Source: Squalus acanthias | Lineage: Eukaryota | Direction of reading: 5' to 3' | Length of the DNA stretch: 64,000 bases | Assembly (NCBI GenBank): GCA_030390025.1 | Contig: JASTWF010000051.1 | Location: forward strand, 1,674,001 to 1,738,000 | Part shown: positions 37,919 to 50,140 of the stretch, one piece after another | Layout: the number at the start of each line of letters is the position of its first letter | How positions within the stretch are numbered: the stretch's first letter is position 1 | Program-made: the position numbers and the translations under genes | The notes under the pieces: generated by a model | Database searches by the model: none | Told to the model about the DNA's origin: nothing | Seen by the model: the letters and a program-made list of their open reading frames with translations, nothing else

Positions 37919-38659
37919 GGCCCAGAAATTAAAGACGGAGCCTTCCTGTGGGGGTAAGGCTTCCCTGCGATATCTCACTGCGCGCCTGCCTTTTCCTTCC
38001 GAGCTCGCACGAACTTGAGTTTCTAGACAGCAGCTGGGCAGTGTGTGCGTATCCCACAGACGCAGTTAGTTCGTGCAAGCTGTGGGATCACGTGATTCAG
38101 TTAGAGCCAATGGCAGCACACCATCTTTCATTCATAGTTTTCACAGCAAGGGCTGTGAAAGCTATGAATACTATACCCCCCCAAAAGAACAGCTGAACCT
38201 CAATTAAATTTAAAAAAAACCCATCACATTAATAAAATAAGTATAGTTAAATAAATTAACCACTTTAAACAAAAAATTAAATTTTTGAAAAAATTTAAAA
38301 TCTTTTTAAAAGTTATAAAAATAAACTTACCTTTCTTTAAAGTCTCTAAAAAAGATATACCTGTTGAAAAAAATTCAAAATAATACTTAATTAACTACTT
38401 ACCTTGTTAAAAGAGGGTCTTACGCCTCCTTTATGTGCAAAATCTTCCATGCTTACCTGCGCGTTCAAAGCACTAAGTGCACTGCGTGCGCGTAGCCTGT
38501 AGCGCGCACGCGGTTCACTTAGGAACCTCCCCCTTTTGAAATCACCAAGTGCCGGTTTTCAGCACATGCGCAGTGCATGCAGAAAACCGGCAATTGGAGA
38601 CAGAATACGCAAGAGTACACAGTGCGTACTCTCGCGTAGTGAGACTAATTTTTTGGGCC
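37919..38659. mobile_element. Harbinger-type MITE, family 1 (divergent)
   Basis: TIRs GGCCCAGAAATTA / TAATTTTTTGGGCC. Shares 'gggatcacgtg', 'aaaataaacttacc' and the AT-rich core. Confidence 0.75.
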
Positions 38660-39124
38660 ATTATCTCTTCTTCCTGCTCCTGTTCTGCCTCCATCATTAG
38701 AACATATATGGGAATAGCTATAGTGAACTCCATGGTAAGGGCAAATAAAATAAAAGTTGATGAAGGTAACTGCCTGTTGTGGAAAGGGTTCACCAACAAC
38801 AGCAGCAGCAGATATCCTGAAGCTGGATTAGATTAGGTTTATGAAAGCTCATTGGCAGCCGTTGTGATAGTGCAGTAATGCTAATTCTCAGCTCCTGTCT
38901 GTTAACATGATAGTGTAACTTCCATATCGCAGCACATCAAAACAAAGAGCCACTATTGCAATTGTGTGTGACAAGTGTAAGATACTAGTTGTGTATACAT
39001 ATATATGTATAATTAGCATTTGGTTTATTCTCGTATGATTAAAGCTTTTGGTTTCTTTTTACTTAATGAAATGGTTAAAAGTTGTTCATTCCCAGGATGC
39101 TTTAGGGTTTGATTTGTCAGGGTA

Positions 39125-39525
39125 CAGGGACTTGAGCACATAAAGCTAGGCTGACACTCCAGTGCAGTGCTGAGGGAGGGCTGTACTGTCGGAGGTGCCG
39201 TCTTTCAGATGAGACATTAAACCGAGGCCCGTCTGCTCTCTCAGCTGGACGTAAAAGATCCCACAGCACTATTTCGAAGAAGAGCAGGGGAGTTATCGCT
39301 GGTGTCCTGGCCAATATTTATCCCTCAACCCACATAACAAAAACAGATTATCTGGTCTTTATCACATTGCTGTTTGTGGAAGTTTGCTGTGCGCAAATTG
39401 GCTGCCACGTTTCCCACATTACAACAGTGACTACACTTCAAAAAGTACTTCATTGGCTGTAAAGCGCTTTGAGACGTCCGGTGGTCGTGAAAGGTGCTAT
39501 ATAAATGCAAGTCTTTCTTTTCTTT
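39125..39525 (+). mobile_element. DeuSINE (SacSINE1-like), head truncated
   Basis: Deu domain ggaggtgccgtctttcagatgag...gtaaaagatccca...ggtgtcctggccaatatt and L2-like tail gctatataaatgcaag. Confidence 0.88.
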
Positions 39526-40632
39526 TTACAATTTAGCTGACATTGTGGTTTAGGTGTTTGCTGAAATGACAGGACGCATAAGATTCGTGTCCCTTGACTC
39601 ATTTTCATGGCCACATTGGGAAACAGTTAGCCAAGGCAGTTTTGAGATAAGAAATGAGACAATGGGAGAACAGGATGGACAAGTTGGCATCTGTTGTTTT
39701 GAAGGAAATACATCCTTTCTGGGGGTCGTGTTCACATCAACCCTTGTCATGCCATAATTAATTATCACAACAGAGTTTGTGAGAAACATACTATAAAGAT
39801 TTCAAGCTATTCTTATCAAGTTGTACAGAGAGTTGGTCCGGAAAGGAACAACGAAGGTTATGCTTCTACCCTGGGAAATTGGGGTAAAACCGTTAATTTC
39901 TCTGTATGTCTACTGCTTGTGTGTATCTGGACTTGGTCTAATACAATAAACAAGAGTAGTTGCAAACCATATTCTGGTGTCAGAATCGAACTGCTTACAA
40001 AGGGCAATGCTCGGAACAAATAGCTTTCTCACCCAAGTGGAGAGATAAGAATAAGAAACAAGTCTGCTTTTTAACCTGGCACAGCAGGGACACCCAGTGT
40101 GAGAACATCAAGACAAAGCTAACATGGGAAGGTGGAAAGAGAGCTGGGAACAGAGACTCTGGTGTCAAAAGTGATACACAATTAAGGAAGAGACTTCAGA
40201 GCAGTCAGGTTCCCAGTGACAGATGACTGACCATCTACACAAATGCACGTGCCAGTTGAAAAAGTGTTAGGATAAGAGATACAAGCCCTGACGTGTTAGG
40301 CTACAAGAAGAGAAACATCTAATTTGATACTTTCTGTGAATCAACGAGTGTGGGCACAGGAAAGGATGCAATTGATGAGAAATGCTGACAGTCACCTACC
40401 CATAAGAACATTGATAAGAAAAGGTATAAAATAGTGAGTTTCCACCTAGATGGTGAACTGTGGGAATTCTACATGAAAAGGCCTCCACTGGTGCAGTTTC
40501 CTGGACAGAGTGCATTATCGTGATTGCTGTGTCCTGTGCTACGTAAGGTTGCTTCATAGCAGAAAGTAATCTTCTTACTGTTAGGAAATGTTGCTGCTTT
40601 GTTGATTTTGAAGTCTGTCACAAATAAAGCTT

Positions 40633-43192
40633 ATAGATACATAGATACATAGATACATAGAAGATAGGAGCAGGAGTAGGCCATCCGGCCCTTCGAGCCT
40701 GCTCCGCCATTTAATGAGATCATGGCTGATCCTCCAATTCAGTATCCCGTCCCCACCTTCTCTCCGTAACCCTTAACCCCTTTTGCCTGTAGAAATATAT
40801 CTAATTCCCTCTTAAATATATTTAATGAGCTGGCGTACACTGCCCTCTGTGGCAATGAGTTCCACAGGTTCACCACCCTCTGAGTGAAGAAATTCCCCCT
40901 CATTTCTGTCCTAAATGGTTTAGCCCTTATCCTTAAATTATGTCCTCTAGTTCTGTTCTCACCTGCCAAGGGAAACATTCCTTCTGCATCTAGTCTGTCT
41001 AGACCTGTCAGAATTTTATACACTTCTATGAGGTCCCCTCTCAATCTTCTAAACTCCAGTGTGTACATCCCTAAACTACATAGTCTCTCCTCATAGGTCA
41101 ATCCCGCCATTCCTGGTATCAGCCTGGTGAATCGCCGCTGCACCCCCTCCATGGCAAGAACATCTTTCCTCAGATGAGGCGACCAAAACCGTACACAGTA
41201 CTCGAGGTGTGGTCTCACCAGTGCCCTGTACAGCTGCAGCAAGGTATCCCTGTTCCTGTATTCCAACCCTTTTGCTATGAAGGCCAGCATACCGTTTGCC
41301 TTCTTGATCGCCTGTTGCACCTGCATGCTCGCCTTCAGTGACTGGTGTACAAGAACACCCAGGTCTCTCTGTACTTCCCCCTCTCCCAATTTATTGCCAT
41401 TTAAATAATAATTTGCCCTCCCGTTCCTGCACCCAAGGTGGATAACTTCGCACTTGTCCACAATATAGTGCATCTGCCATTTATCCGCCCAATCACCCAG
41501 TCTGTCCAAATCGCTCTGGAGCTTCCTGGTCTCCTCCTCTGAGCCCACCCCTCCTCCTAGTTTAGTGTCGTCTGCAAATTTGGAAATGCTGCATCCGACT
41601 CCCTGATCCAGGTCATTAATGTAAATTGTGAACAGCTGGGGACCCAGGACAGATCCCTGTGGTACCCCACTTGTTACTGCCAGCCATTCAGAAAATGAGC
41701 CGTTTATTCCAACTCTCTGTTTTCTATCTGACAGCCAGTTCTCTATCCACGTCAATACTTTCCCCTTTATCCCATGAGCTTCAATTTTCCCTGCTAATCT
41801 TTTATGTGGGACCTTATCGAAGGCCTTTTGGAAGTCCAGGTACACCACATCTACTGGCTCTCCCCCATCTATTTTACCAGTTACTCCCTCAAAAAATTCC
41901 AATAGATTAGTCAAGCACGATTTACCCTTTGTAAATCCATGTTGACTCTGTCCTCTCCTGTCCCCATTTGCTAAGTGCTCCGCTATTTCATCCTTAATGA
42001 TGGACTCCAGCATTTTGCCCACAACTGATGTAAGGCTTACAGGTCTGTAATTACCTGCTTTTTCCCTACCCCCCTTTTTGAATAGTGGGGTAACGTTAGC
42101 TACCCTCCAATCCATGGGCACTGTTCCCGAGTCTAATGAATTCTGAAAAATCATACTTAGTGCATCCGCTATCTCTAGGGCCACCTCCTTCAGCACCCTA
42201 GGATGCATGTTATCAGGCCCTGGGGATTTGTCCGCCTTCAATCCCTTTAGCTTCCTTAACACCATATCCTTAGAGATATTGACTTGCGTCAGTTCCTCCT
42301 TTGCAAATGTCCCTATTTTTCCCGATATCCCAGGGAGGTTTTTTGTGTCTTCCTTCGTAAAGACTGACCCAAAGTATGCATTTAGTTGGTCTGCCATTTC
42401 TTTATTTCCCGTTATATATTCCCCCGTATCTGACTGCAATGGGCCAACTTTGGTTTTCACCAGTCTTTTCCTCTTGATATACTTATAAAAGCTTTTGGAG
42501 TTAGTTTTTATATTTTCCGCCAGCTTGCTTTCGTAAGCTATTTTGCCCCTCTTGATTAAGCCCTTTGTCCTCCTTTGCTCTATCTTAAACTGTTCCCAAT
42601 CTTCCGCTCTGGCGCTTTTTTTGGCTAATTTATACGCCCTATCTTTGGATTTTATGCTGTCTCTAATTTCCCCTGTTATCCACGGTTGAGTCACCTTTTT
42701 AGATTTCCTTTTATGCCAGATTGGTATAAACAATTTTTGCAATTTTGTCATTCTACCTTTAAATGCTTGCCATTGTTTATCTACCTCCAGTCCTCCCAGG
42801 AACGTTGTCCAATCAGACCTACTCAGTTCCCGTCTAATGGCATCATAATTCCCCTTGTTTAAATTCAGGACCTTAGTATCTGAGTCAATTTCTTCGCTCT
42901 CCATTTCGAGTGAGAAATCGATCATGTTATGATCGCTCTGACCCAAGGATCCCCGTACAACAAGATTACAAATTAGTCCCTTCTCATTGCACAGTACCCA
43001 GTCCAATATAGCCTGTTCCCGAGTTGGTTCCTCGACATATTGATCCAGATAACCATCCCTTAAACACTCAAGGAATTCCTCCTCCTCATTATTTTTACTG
43101 ATTAGGCTATTCCAATCTATATGTAAGTTAAAGTCACCTATGATGACAGCTGTGCTCTTATTGCACGCTTCTCTAATTTCCCTCTATATATA
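40633..43192 (-). mobile_element. Young CR1, 5'-truncated, uninterrupted ORF2
   Basis: 755-aa ORF at 40739-43006 and tail (TATGTATC)n. Confidence 0.96.
40739..43006 (-). CDS. CR1 ORF2 fragment (C-terminal EN + RT); the frame stays open upstream to ~43190
   Basis: SDHN, NYRPVSLTS, YLDFQKAFDKVPH, GVPQGSVLGP and FADD. The upstream in-frame sequence reads EIREACNKSTAVIIGDFNLHIDW. Confidence 0.9.
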   Translation of the reverse strand: MDWVLCNEKGLICNLVVRGSLGQSDHNMIDFSLEMESEEIDSDTKVLNLNKGNYDAIRRELSRSDWTTFLGGLEVDKQWQAFKGRMTKLQKLFIPIWHKRKSKKVTQPWITGEIRDSIKSKDRAYKLAKKSARAEDWEQFKIEQRRTKGLIKRGKIAYESKLAENIKTNSKSFYKYIKRKRLVKTKVGPLQSDTGEYITGNKEMADQLNAYFGSVFTKEDTKNLPGISGKIGTFAKEELTQVNISKDMVLRKLKGLKADKSPGPDNMHPRVLKEVALEIADALSMIFQNSLDSGTVPMDWRVANVTPLFKKGGREKAGNYRPVSLTSVVGKMLESIIKDEIAEHLANGDRRGQSQHGFTKGKSCLTNLLEFFEGVTGKIDGGEPVDVVYLDFQKAFDKVPHKRLAGKIEAHGIKGKVLTWIENWLSDRKQRVGINGSFSEWLAVTSGVPQGSVLGPQLFTIYINDLDQGVGCSISKFADDTKLGGGVGSEEETRKLQSDLDRLGDWADKWQMHYIVDKCEVIHLGCRNGRANYYLNGNKLGEGEVQRDLGVLVHQSLKASMQVQQAIKKANGMLAFIAKGLEYRNRDTLLQLYRALVRPHLEYCVRFWSPHLRKDVLAMEGVQRRFTRLIPGMAGLTYEERLCSLGMYTLEFRRLRGDLIEVYKILTGLDRLDAEGMFPLAGENRTRGHNLRIRAKPFRTEMRGNFFTQRVVNLWNSLPQRAVYASSLNIFKRELDIFLQAKGVKGYGEKVGTGY

Positions 43193-44645
43193 TTTCTCGA
43201 GACATGGTAACTACTATTTGGCCAACAGCTCCATGACAGAAGGGTGGGAGGCAAATGATTCCCCTGCCTAAAACTGCTGAAAGGCAGTTTGCAGAATCCA
43301 TTCTTAGTTCCACTGCTGAGAACAGATTTTTCTAATCGCTTCAGACAAAGATTGTGGACATTCAAAGCTGTGAACTCAACCACTTCTTTGTTTGATACTC
43401 ATGCAGGTAACATAGCCCTCGCTACAAGCTTAATTTGTCAGGTGCAATTCTGGTGTAAATGGAAGAATTTCTTGGACAGCAGTTTTTACCCTCGTGTATA
43501 CATGCACCACTTTGGGGCTGGGCACATCTTCTGCCAGCAGTCCATTCTATTGGGATTTATTTTAGAACAAATGTAACTCCGATGTATCTGAATTATGCCC
43601 CAAATTCCAGTCCCCTATGCCAGGATGGAATTTGTGGCCCTTTGGGTTTCAACATGCCCGTTTTTGTAATTAAATGATTTCTGCTATTTGCAGTGGCAGA
43701 AACCGTATTTCTGTGCAGGAGTGTCACCATTATCTGAATCCTGTCTCAAACGTTGCCTGGTTGTTAAGCAATCAGTTGCAATCGGTGTCAAATGTATTGC
43801 AACAGAGCCACAGTAACAAGTGCAGACAAAGACAACTTTTATCTGTTAAATTTGAATCCCTGTTAGAGGTGAGACATGGTATGTGGCCTCATGGTGGTGC
43901 TGCATTCTTTTTATTTCTGGTGTGTCTGATTTGGAGGGGATAGGTTGCCTTGGTAAGAATATCTCCAACTAATCCCTTCACTTTTTAGAAGCCCAGCGTG
44001 AGAAAAGGCCACTCTGCCCATCATGTTTCAATCCATCCAGAGTCTACATGTGATTATTCTATCATGCATTTCATTTCCCACACCTTCAGCACATAATCTG
44101 TTGATCCTCTTCTTTAAGGGACACTAAGCCCCTTTCTCTACTGAAACATAATCAATTCTCTTAATATCTGTACATCCTTCAATCCTCCTTCTCAACAGGA
44201 TTGATCCAACTCTCTTTCAAAGGTGTCCATTGACTCCAAATCAACGACTTTCCTGGGAATCTGTTCCACTATCCTGTGTGGGGTGGGAAAGCTATTCATT
44301 ACCTTGCTTGAAGCTTGGAAATGTTATACTTGTGTCCTAGGCACAAAGCCCAAGCTAAATTGCCAGCTTACTTCAACCTTATTTTTAGCCTTCATTAGAT
44401 GGTGTAGACGAAGCTGGTTGTTTAGAATGTGCATTACAGAAGTCACAATGATGACAGTTTTTATTAATCAAAAAACCAGTGCTTCTTACCCATGTTTCTT
44501 AGCCTAGATTAAACTAGTCTATAAGTTTATAGCTACATTTAAGATTGTGAGCAAGAACTACTGCCACTGTGACTTGTATTACAATTTATAGTGGAATTGA
44601 AAGGCTGAATTCACCCCAACACTTACCCCTGCATCTAATTTAATT

Positions 44646-44733
44646 GAGAGGTCGCACAACACCAGGTTATAGTCCAACAGTTTTATTTGAAATCACAAGC
44701 TTTCGGAACTATCGCTCCTTCCTCAGGTGAAGT
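44646..44733 (-). mobile_element. Single-arm PLE terminal repeat with hammerhead motif on the minus strand (44693-44730)
   Basis: Minus strand reads TCAC-CTGAGGA-A-GGAGC gata GTTCC-GAAA-GCTT-GTGA. Confidence 0.8.
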
Positions 44734-45239
44734 GATCTGTCTATTCAATTTAGAATATTAGGAAATGAATATCTTGACCTGGTATATATAGGGTATACAT
44801 TTGATTCCACTATGTACCATCCTTTTGTGAATTGAGGAAGGCTAGCATCTGTTTTTATCTTGTCTTGTTCACTGACCTAGATCCAAGCTTTTTGCAGTAC
44901 TTCTCAATGTATTTAGTTCAAGGTCACATGACTGGAAGTGAAGTTGTTATGACAACACAACTTGTTTCCATGCGATTTTGAAGGCTGAAAACCTAAATTA
45001 AATACGAGCACTTTGCACTTTATTATGTCTGTACTAAAGTTCTGTTCAATCTGCACAAGTTGTGATGTTGAAACAGCTCACGGGGGTTAAGATATTTTTA
45101 CAATATACTAATAGAAATTTAACAGTATTAACTATAGATTTGCTGAACAAATCTGCAAAGATAGCATGACAAGCTATTAATGCCCTTGAACAAATGCTAA
45201 GACATTACAACAATTTGGAATATGCTGTCAGAATTGGTA

Positions 45240-45626
45240 CCGGCGTACCATGGCTGCAGTGTGTACCATCTACAAGATGCACTGCAGGAACTCACCAAGG
45301 CTTCTTCGGCAGCACCTCCCAAACCCGCAACCTCTTCCACCTAGAAGGATAAGGGCAGCAGGCGCATGGGAACACCACCACCTCCAAGTTCCCCTCCAAG
45401 TCACACACCATCCTGACTGAGAAGTATATCGTTGATCCTTCATCGTCGCTGGGTCAAAATCCTGGAACTCCCTACCAAACAGCATTGTGGGAGTACCTTC
45501 ACCACACGGACTGTAGCGGTTCAAGAAGGCGGCTCACCACCACCTTCTCAAGGGCAATTAGGGATGGGCAATAAATGCTGGCCTTGTCAGCGATGCCCAC
45601 ATCTCATAAAAACGAATAAAAAAAAA
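45240..45626 (+). mobile_element. Family A LINE 3' end
   Basis: Matches 55058-55440 and ends in an A tail. Confidence 0.9.
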
Positions 45627-46651
45627 TCAATGCAGAAAAAACTGACTCCAAACAAGCAGGGGAACCTCTGTGAAAATTCACCTTTTATGTTACTTCCTTA
45701 ATCACTGGGGATGATTTTCCAAAGGTTCTCCTGCTCACTCATGGTAACTGCAAGGTTTTTATTTTGTTTGGAGTAAGTTTCTTCTGCAGCTATTACCAGT
45801 ACAAATTCTGACAGTAAATTCAAGTTGTCCACCGTAACTCCGGTGGAAGAGCCGAGGTAACCCTGGAAAATGGTGTAAACAGTGTTGCTCTTCCGTTGAA
45901 GTTACATCAGACGAGTGGGTGAACCTACGCCCTCTCCCCCCGTGTGTTTGTAGAGCATAAATTTTAGCAATTGAACAAATTAACTTTAAGGAGCTAACTT
46001 TTCCACTTGATGGGAAGTTGTCCTCAACAACAGATTGCTGAGATTTTTTTAAACCATCGGTCTCCCTTTATATGTAGCGGCAGACCTGGTCTCGGTGTGC
46101 CTGGACTCTGGATGGGTATTTAAAAGGCATTTAGGAGTGGGAGAGGAAAGGGTAGAATAACTTCAAATTTCTTCAGCATTGTTTCTTGGATGACTCAGTG
46201 GGTTTAGGGAGTGAGTTGTTGAGCCAACCAGACCAGAAGGGTCAAAGGTTTGATATCTGGTCAGTACCAAGTTAGCTGATTTCAGCCCTGGTAGCAGGAA
46301 GGTTGCAACAACCGGCCTGACTGTTCCTGGGTTAGGTAGGGTTCCTATTCCTGACCGGCAGCCAGTGGATCTGCTGGAAGTACATGTGTGACCAGTAGGT
46401 GAGCTCAGGATTGGGCCTGGCTCTGATGCTCCCTGCATGTGAATACCCTGCTCACCCTCATTGTTCAGACTTACTGGTGAATAATGGCCACTTGAACGAG
46501 GTACTGCAGGCGACAGAAGTCCATGGGCTAATCCCCCAGTAAAGAGCCAAATGAATTCCGGAGAATTTAACAGATAAAATAATAATAAATCTATTTTCTG
46601 GCCTGCATTTAGTAGTGAAGAACAGATTTGTCATCAGCTATAAATCCTTAC

Positions 46652-46685
46652 CGTTGCCCGCGGTGGAAGACTTATTTATTTTGAC
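46652..46685 (-). CDS. Candidate 34-bp micro-exon of the FNDC4/5-like gene (VKINKSSTAGN + G)
   Basis: Acceptor ttcctgcaccctcttccctgctag| and donor ACG|gtaagg. It ends in phase 1 with G, which makes GAT (Asp) with the 27004 exon. Confidence 0.45.
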
Positions 46686-46990
46686 CTAGCAGGGAAGAGG
46701 GTGCAGGAAATTGAATTCCTGTTGTCACACATTTTTTTCAAAGCAGTGGCAAACATAAATCTCTCTGTGATTGCAAAACTGCAACCTTTTTTATTTTAAA
46801 CATCAGAACAACAAGGTGCAGCCAGAGAAAACTTTTCAAGGGTGGCTATCTTGTGAATTTGATGCTGGTGAATGCTGGGAAACAGAAAGGTTTGTACATT
46901 GCACTAGAGTACCAGTGAGGAAGTTGCAGATTTCCACAGAACAGTGCTTGTTCCAGCAAGCCTGGATCGTCAAATGCCTTTTAAATCTGT

Positions 46991-47209
46991 GATGTGGAGA
47001 TGCCGGTGTTGGACTGGGGTGGACAAATGTGAGAAGTCGCACAACACCAGGTTATAGTCCAACAGCTTTATTTGAAATCACAAGCTTTCGGAGCGCTGCT
47101 CCTTCGTCAGGTGAAGTCTTCACCTGACGAAGGAGCAGCGCTCCGAAAGCTTGTGATTTCAAATAAAGCTGTTGGACTATAACCTGGTGTTGTGCGACTT
47201 CTCACATTT
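46991..47209. mobile_element. PLE-derived foldback element: perfect 92-bp inverted arms, 1-nt spacer, long TSD
   Basis: 47025-47116 is the exact reverse complement of 47118-47209. TTTTAAATCTGTGAT is repeated at 46979-46993 and 47208-47222. Confidence 0.92.
47120..47156 (+). ncRNA. Minimal hammerhead ribozyme motif (mirror copy on the minus strand, 47078-47114)
   Basis: TCAC-CTGACGA-A-GGAGC agc GCTCC-GAAA-GC-TT-GTGA. Confidence 0.78.
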
Positions 47210-47339
47210 TTAAATCTGTGATTACGGGAACATCAAAAACATCATAACATTAGTAGGGCAATCTGTACTCTCAACCTTATGATCGTTAAACCCTGAACAC
47301 TGAGGTACCATCAGATCCTGATGCTGACCAGAATTCAAA

Positions 47340-47938
47340 GACCTCGATTTTAATCCTCCGACAGATGGGAGAGGGTCAGCAGGGATGGAGGGGGGCAGGT
47401 GGGGGCTAATTAACATACCAAAGTCACGGTCTGATAACATCATCAGCGCCGCAACTTAAATTTAACAGCAAGAGAGGGAAAGGCCTGACCTGTGGGATTC
47501 CTGACAGCTGATCAGAGGCGGGAACTGCCGGCTCTCCAAGGTGAGCGACTCTTTTTGCACTCTTTGTGGGCCAGGAGAAGCAGGAGTGCTCCCCCCAGGT
47601 CCTTCAAGGAAGCCTTCGGCCTCCCCCCAGCCCAACTGATCTCCAGCCTCCCATCAAATCACAAACCTGCCCCCAGCCTTCCCGATTGCAGCCTTCCCTC
47701 CCAGTGCCGGGAACCGTCCTCACCGGTTCCCGGCTGCAGCCTCCTGCTGCGAGTGTTCCCTTCCGCTGGGCGGCTGGGCTGTCAATTTCCAGCTGCCATG
47801 CGGGAGGCGGTCCTACAATATGCTAACGAGATCCTGCCATTCTGATTGGCAAGGCCTCCACATCCCTGGCCTTGCTGGGTTTTTCCCGTGCTACCGTGCT
47901 CCCAGCACCCTCCCTGCCTCCCCGTAAATATCGGGGCC
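47340..47938. mobile_element. Harbinger-type MITE, family 3
   Basis: TIRs GACCTCGATTTTA / TAAATATCGGGGCC with AAA on both flanks; homologous to 24585-25203. Confidence 0.78.
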
Positions 47939-49819
47939 AAAGTATCACTAGATTTTTTTATTAGGCATCTGTCCAGAGCTGATTCAAGGGTCAATTTAAA
48001 CTCTCTCTTTTTATGCTGTTCATGTGGCTCCAACAGTCTCCTTGCAACCTCCTGGACAGCAGCACGATATGCACCTCTTTGGACTCTGCATGAGTCCAGT
48101 TACTGGTAGATTAAATGTCTTATTGCTTCGGGCATCCTGGATTAAATGTCCGTGAACCAGGGGACAATTCCGCTGTTTGGGAAGGAGCTCCACAAGGAGG
48201 AGAATCGATGTGTTAAACAGAGAGGAGAATCGGTGCGTCAAACTTTGCGCTGCTCTGTCCTTGGGGACATGTGATTTTGCCCTTGACACCCTGTATGCTT
48301 TCTCTGTAGCTGCCACTGGATTAAATTATACAGAGGCTTACATTAACATTCTACACACTTCCCCAATAATACCACCACGGATCATGAGGGAAAGGTTATT
48401 CATATTTATAGTTATGAACTACATCAGGGAAACACTCTGCATTTAACTCTTCTACCAATTTGCTGCTTATAGACTCACAAAATAATGTTCTGCAAATCAA
48501 TGTAGCCCATAATTTATATTTCTCCTCCCGCCTGCCAAATAAAAGCTGTTTCTAATACAGACAGAATGGGAGTAGTTAATAGTTCCTACATTGGCCATTG
48601 TAGAAAAGGTTGTTTTTTGGCTCATTAATCACAAGAGTGGATTGTAACATTTACGACATCTTTGTGTGATGTTGTACACCACAGAAACCCTGCTTCATGA
48701 AAGAAGGAGCTTTGTTGTGAATATCTACATACTCATTGCCTTTTCCAACACAGCATTTAACACTTTCTTTTGATGTCGCACACATTTGGATTCAGTTCAC
48801 ATTTTTTTTCTAGCATGCTTCCTGTCATAGAAAGAAAAAAATAAAATAATTCCTGCAGTCAGGTAGAGAGGGGAGTAACATTCTGAGTTTTGTTATGGCT
48901 TTCCAGCTAGTTCTAGCTGATAGTCTGCAGGGTTGGTGGCACAGGTATTTAGCAGTTTTTAAATTAATATTGTTTCTATTGACCTAAAAAAAAAGGATGA
49001 TTTCAAATCCATTTGTATTTTATAGAACTGTCATTTTGTTGGAGGTATTTTTGGAAATAGAGAGTAGAATTTTTCCCTGTTATGAGTGAAGGGGCAATTC
49101 TGCCCATAGTCCAGTCATGGCTCATGTTGTGCTCTCTCACAATATGAACAGGATTTGGTTAGCATTAATTGTCAACTCCGTTAAGGCAGGAAATAATGGA
49201 AAGGAATGTTTAAGCTATGAAGAGGCCATCATTTCTATATGTTTGAAACATAACTCTCACACAAATCTTCAGACGAGTGAAGCCCCACTATAATGTTATG
49301 GTACATTCTGTTGTACATGTAATTGTTCAATATTCTGGTGGTGTTTCACAGGGCATGTATGCCCTTTATGTTCTGGAGCTGTCACTGGTACAATTATGGA
49401 CTAAAGCACTCATTTTACTAATTAATTGGAATAATAGCAAAATTCACAGAAAGACCATGATTTCATGACAAACCTACAGCCTTAGTAATTACAAAATGAA
49501 ACGACATAATATCTAAGAATTATATTTAATTATATTTTAAACTCCTGAAGATGAGAAATATGCTGAAAATTGCTGGAAGGCTGGGAGTGTATGGCTGGCC
49601 AAACCAACTGTTTCAGGCTTTACTCGTCACTCTGGAAATTCAGTCCCGCTCCAGTACAAGAAAATCACCCACTGATGGATATCAACGTATACAGATACAA
49701 AACCAAGGATTCTGTTTGCATTTTTACTTATTTAATTCCCCTTAATTCCATGTGTCATTATTTTTGTCATCAGTCTCTTCCGTGATACTTTATCAATTGG
49801 ATGTCGAGTACAGTGACTT

Positions 49820-50140
49820 TCCTATCTCTGCAATCTCCTCCAGAGATATCTTCGCTCCTCCAATTCTGGCCTCTTGATTTTAATCGTTCCACCATTGGCG
49901 GCCATGCCGTCAGCTGCCAAGGCCCTAAGCTCTGGAATTCCCTCCCTAAACCTCTCCGCCTCTCTACCTCTCTTTCCTCCTTTAAGACGCTCCTTAAAAC
50001 TTACCTCTTTGACCAAGCATCTGCCTTAATATCTCCTTATGTGGTTCGATGTCAAATTTTGTTTTATAACGCTCCTGTGAAGTGCCTTGGGACGTTTTCC
50101 TACATTAAAGGCGCTATATAAATGCAAGCTGTTATTGTTC
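49820..50140 (+). mobile_element. L2-type LINE 3' end
   Basis: Encodes GPKLWNSLP...FKTLLKTYLF, with tail aaaggcgctatataaatgcaag shared with the DeuSINE. Confidence 0.8.

Larger units (their letters stand above)
39692..43227 (+). mobile_element. Possible ~1-kb solo LTR interrupted near its 3' end by CR1
   Basis: TGTTG...CAACA termini, TATAAAA at ~40425, AATAAA at ~40623, and near-matching 5-bp flanks GCATC/GCTCC. Confidence 0.4.
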
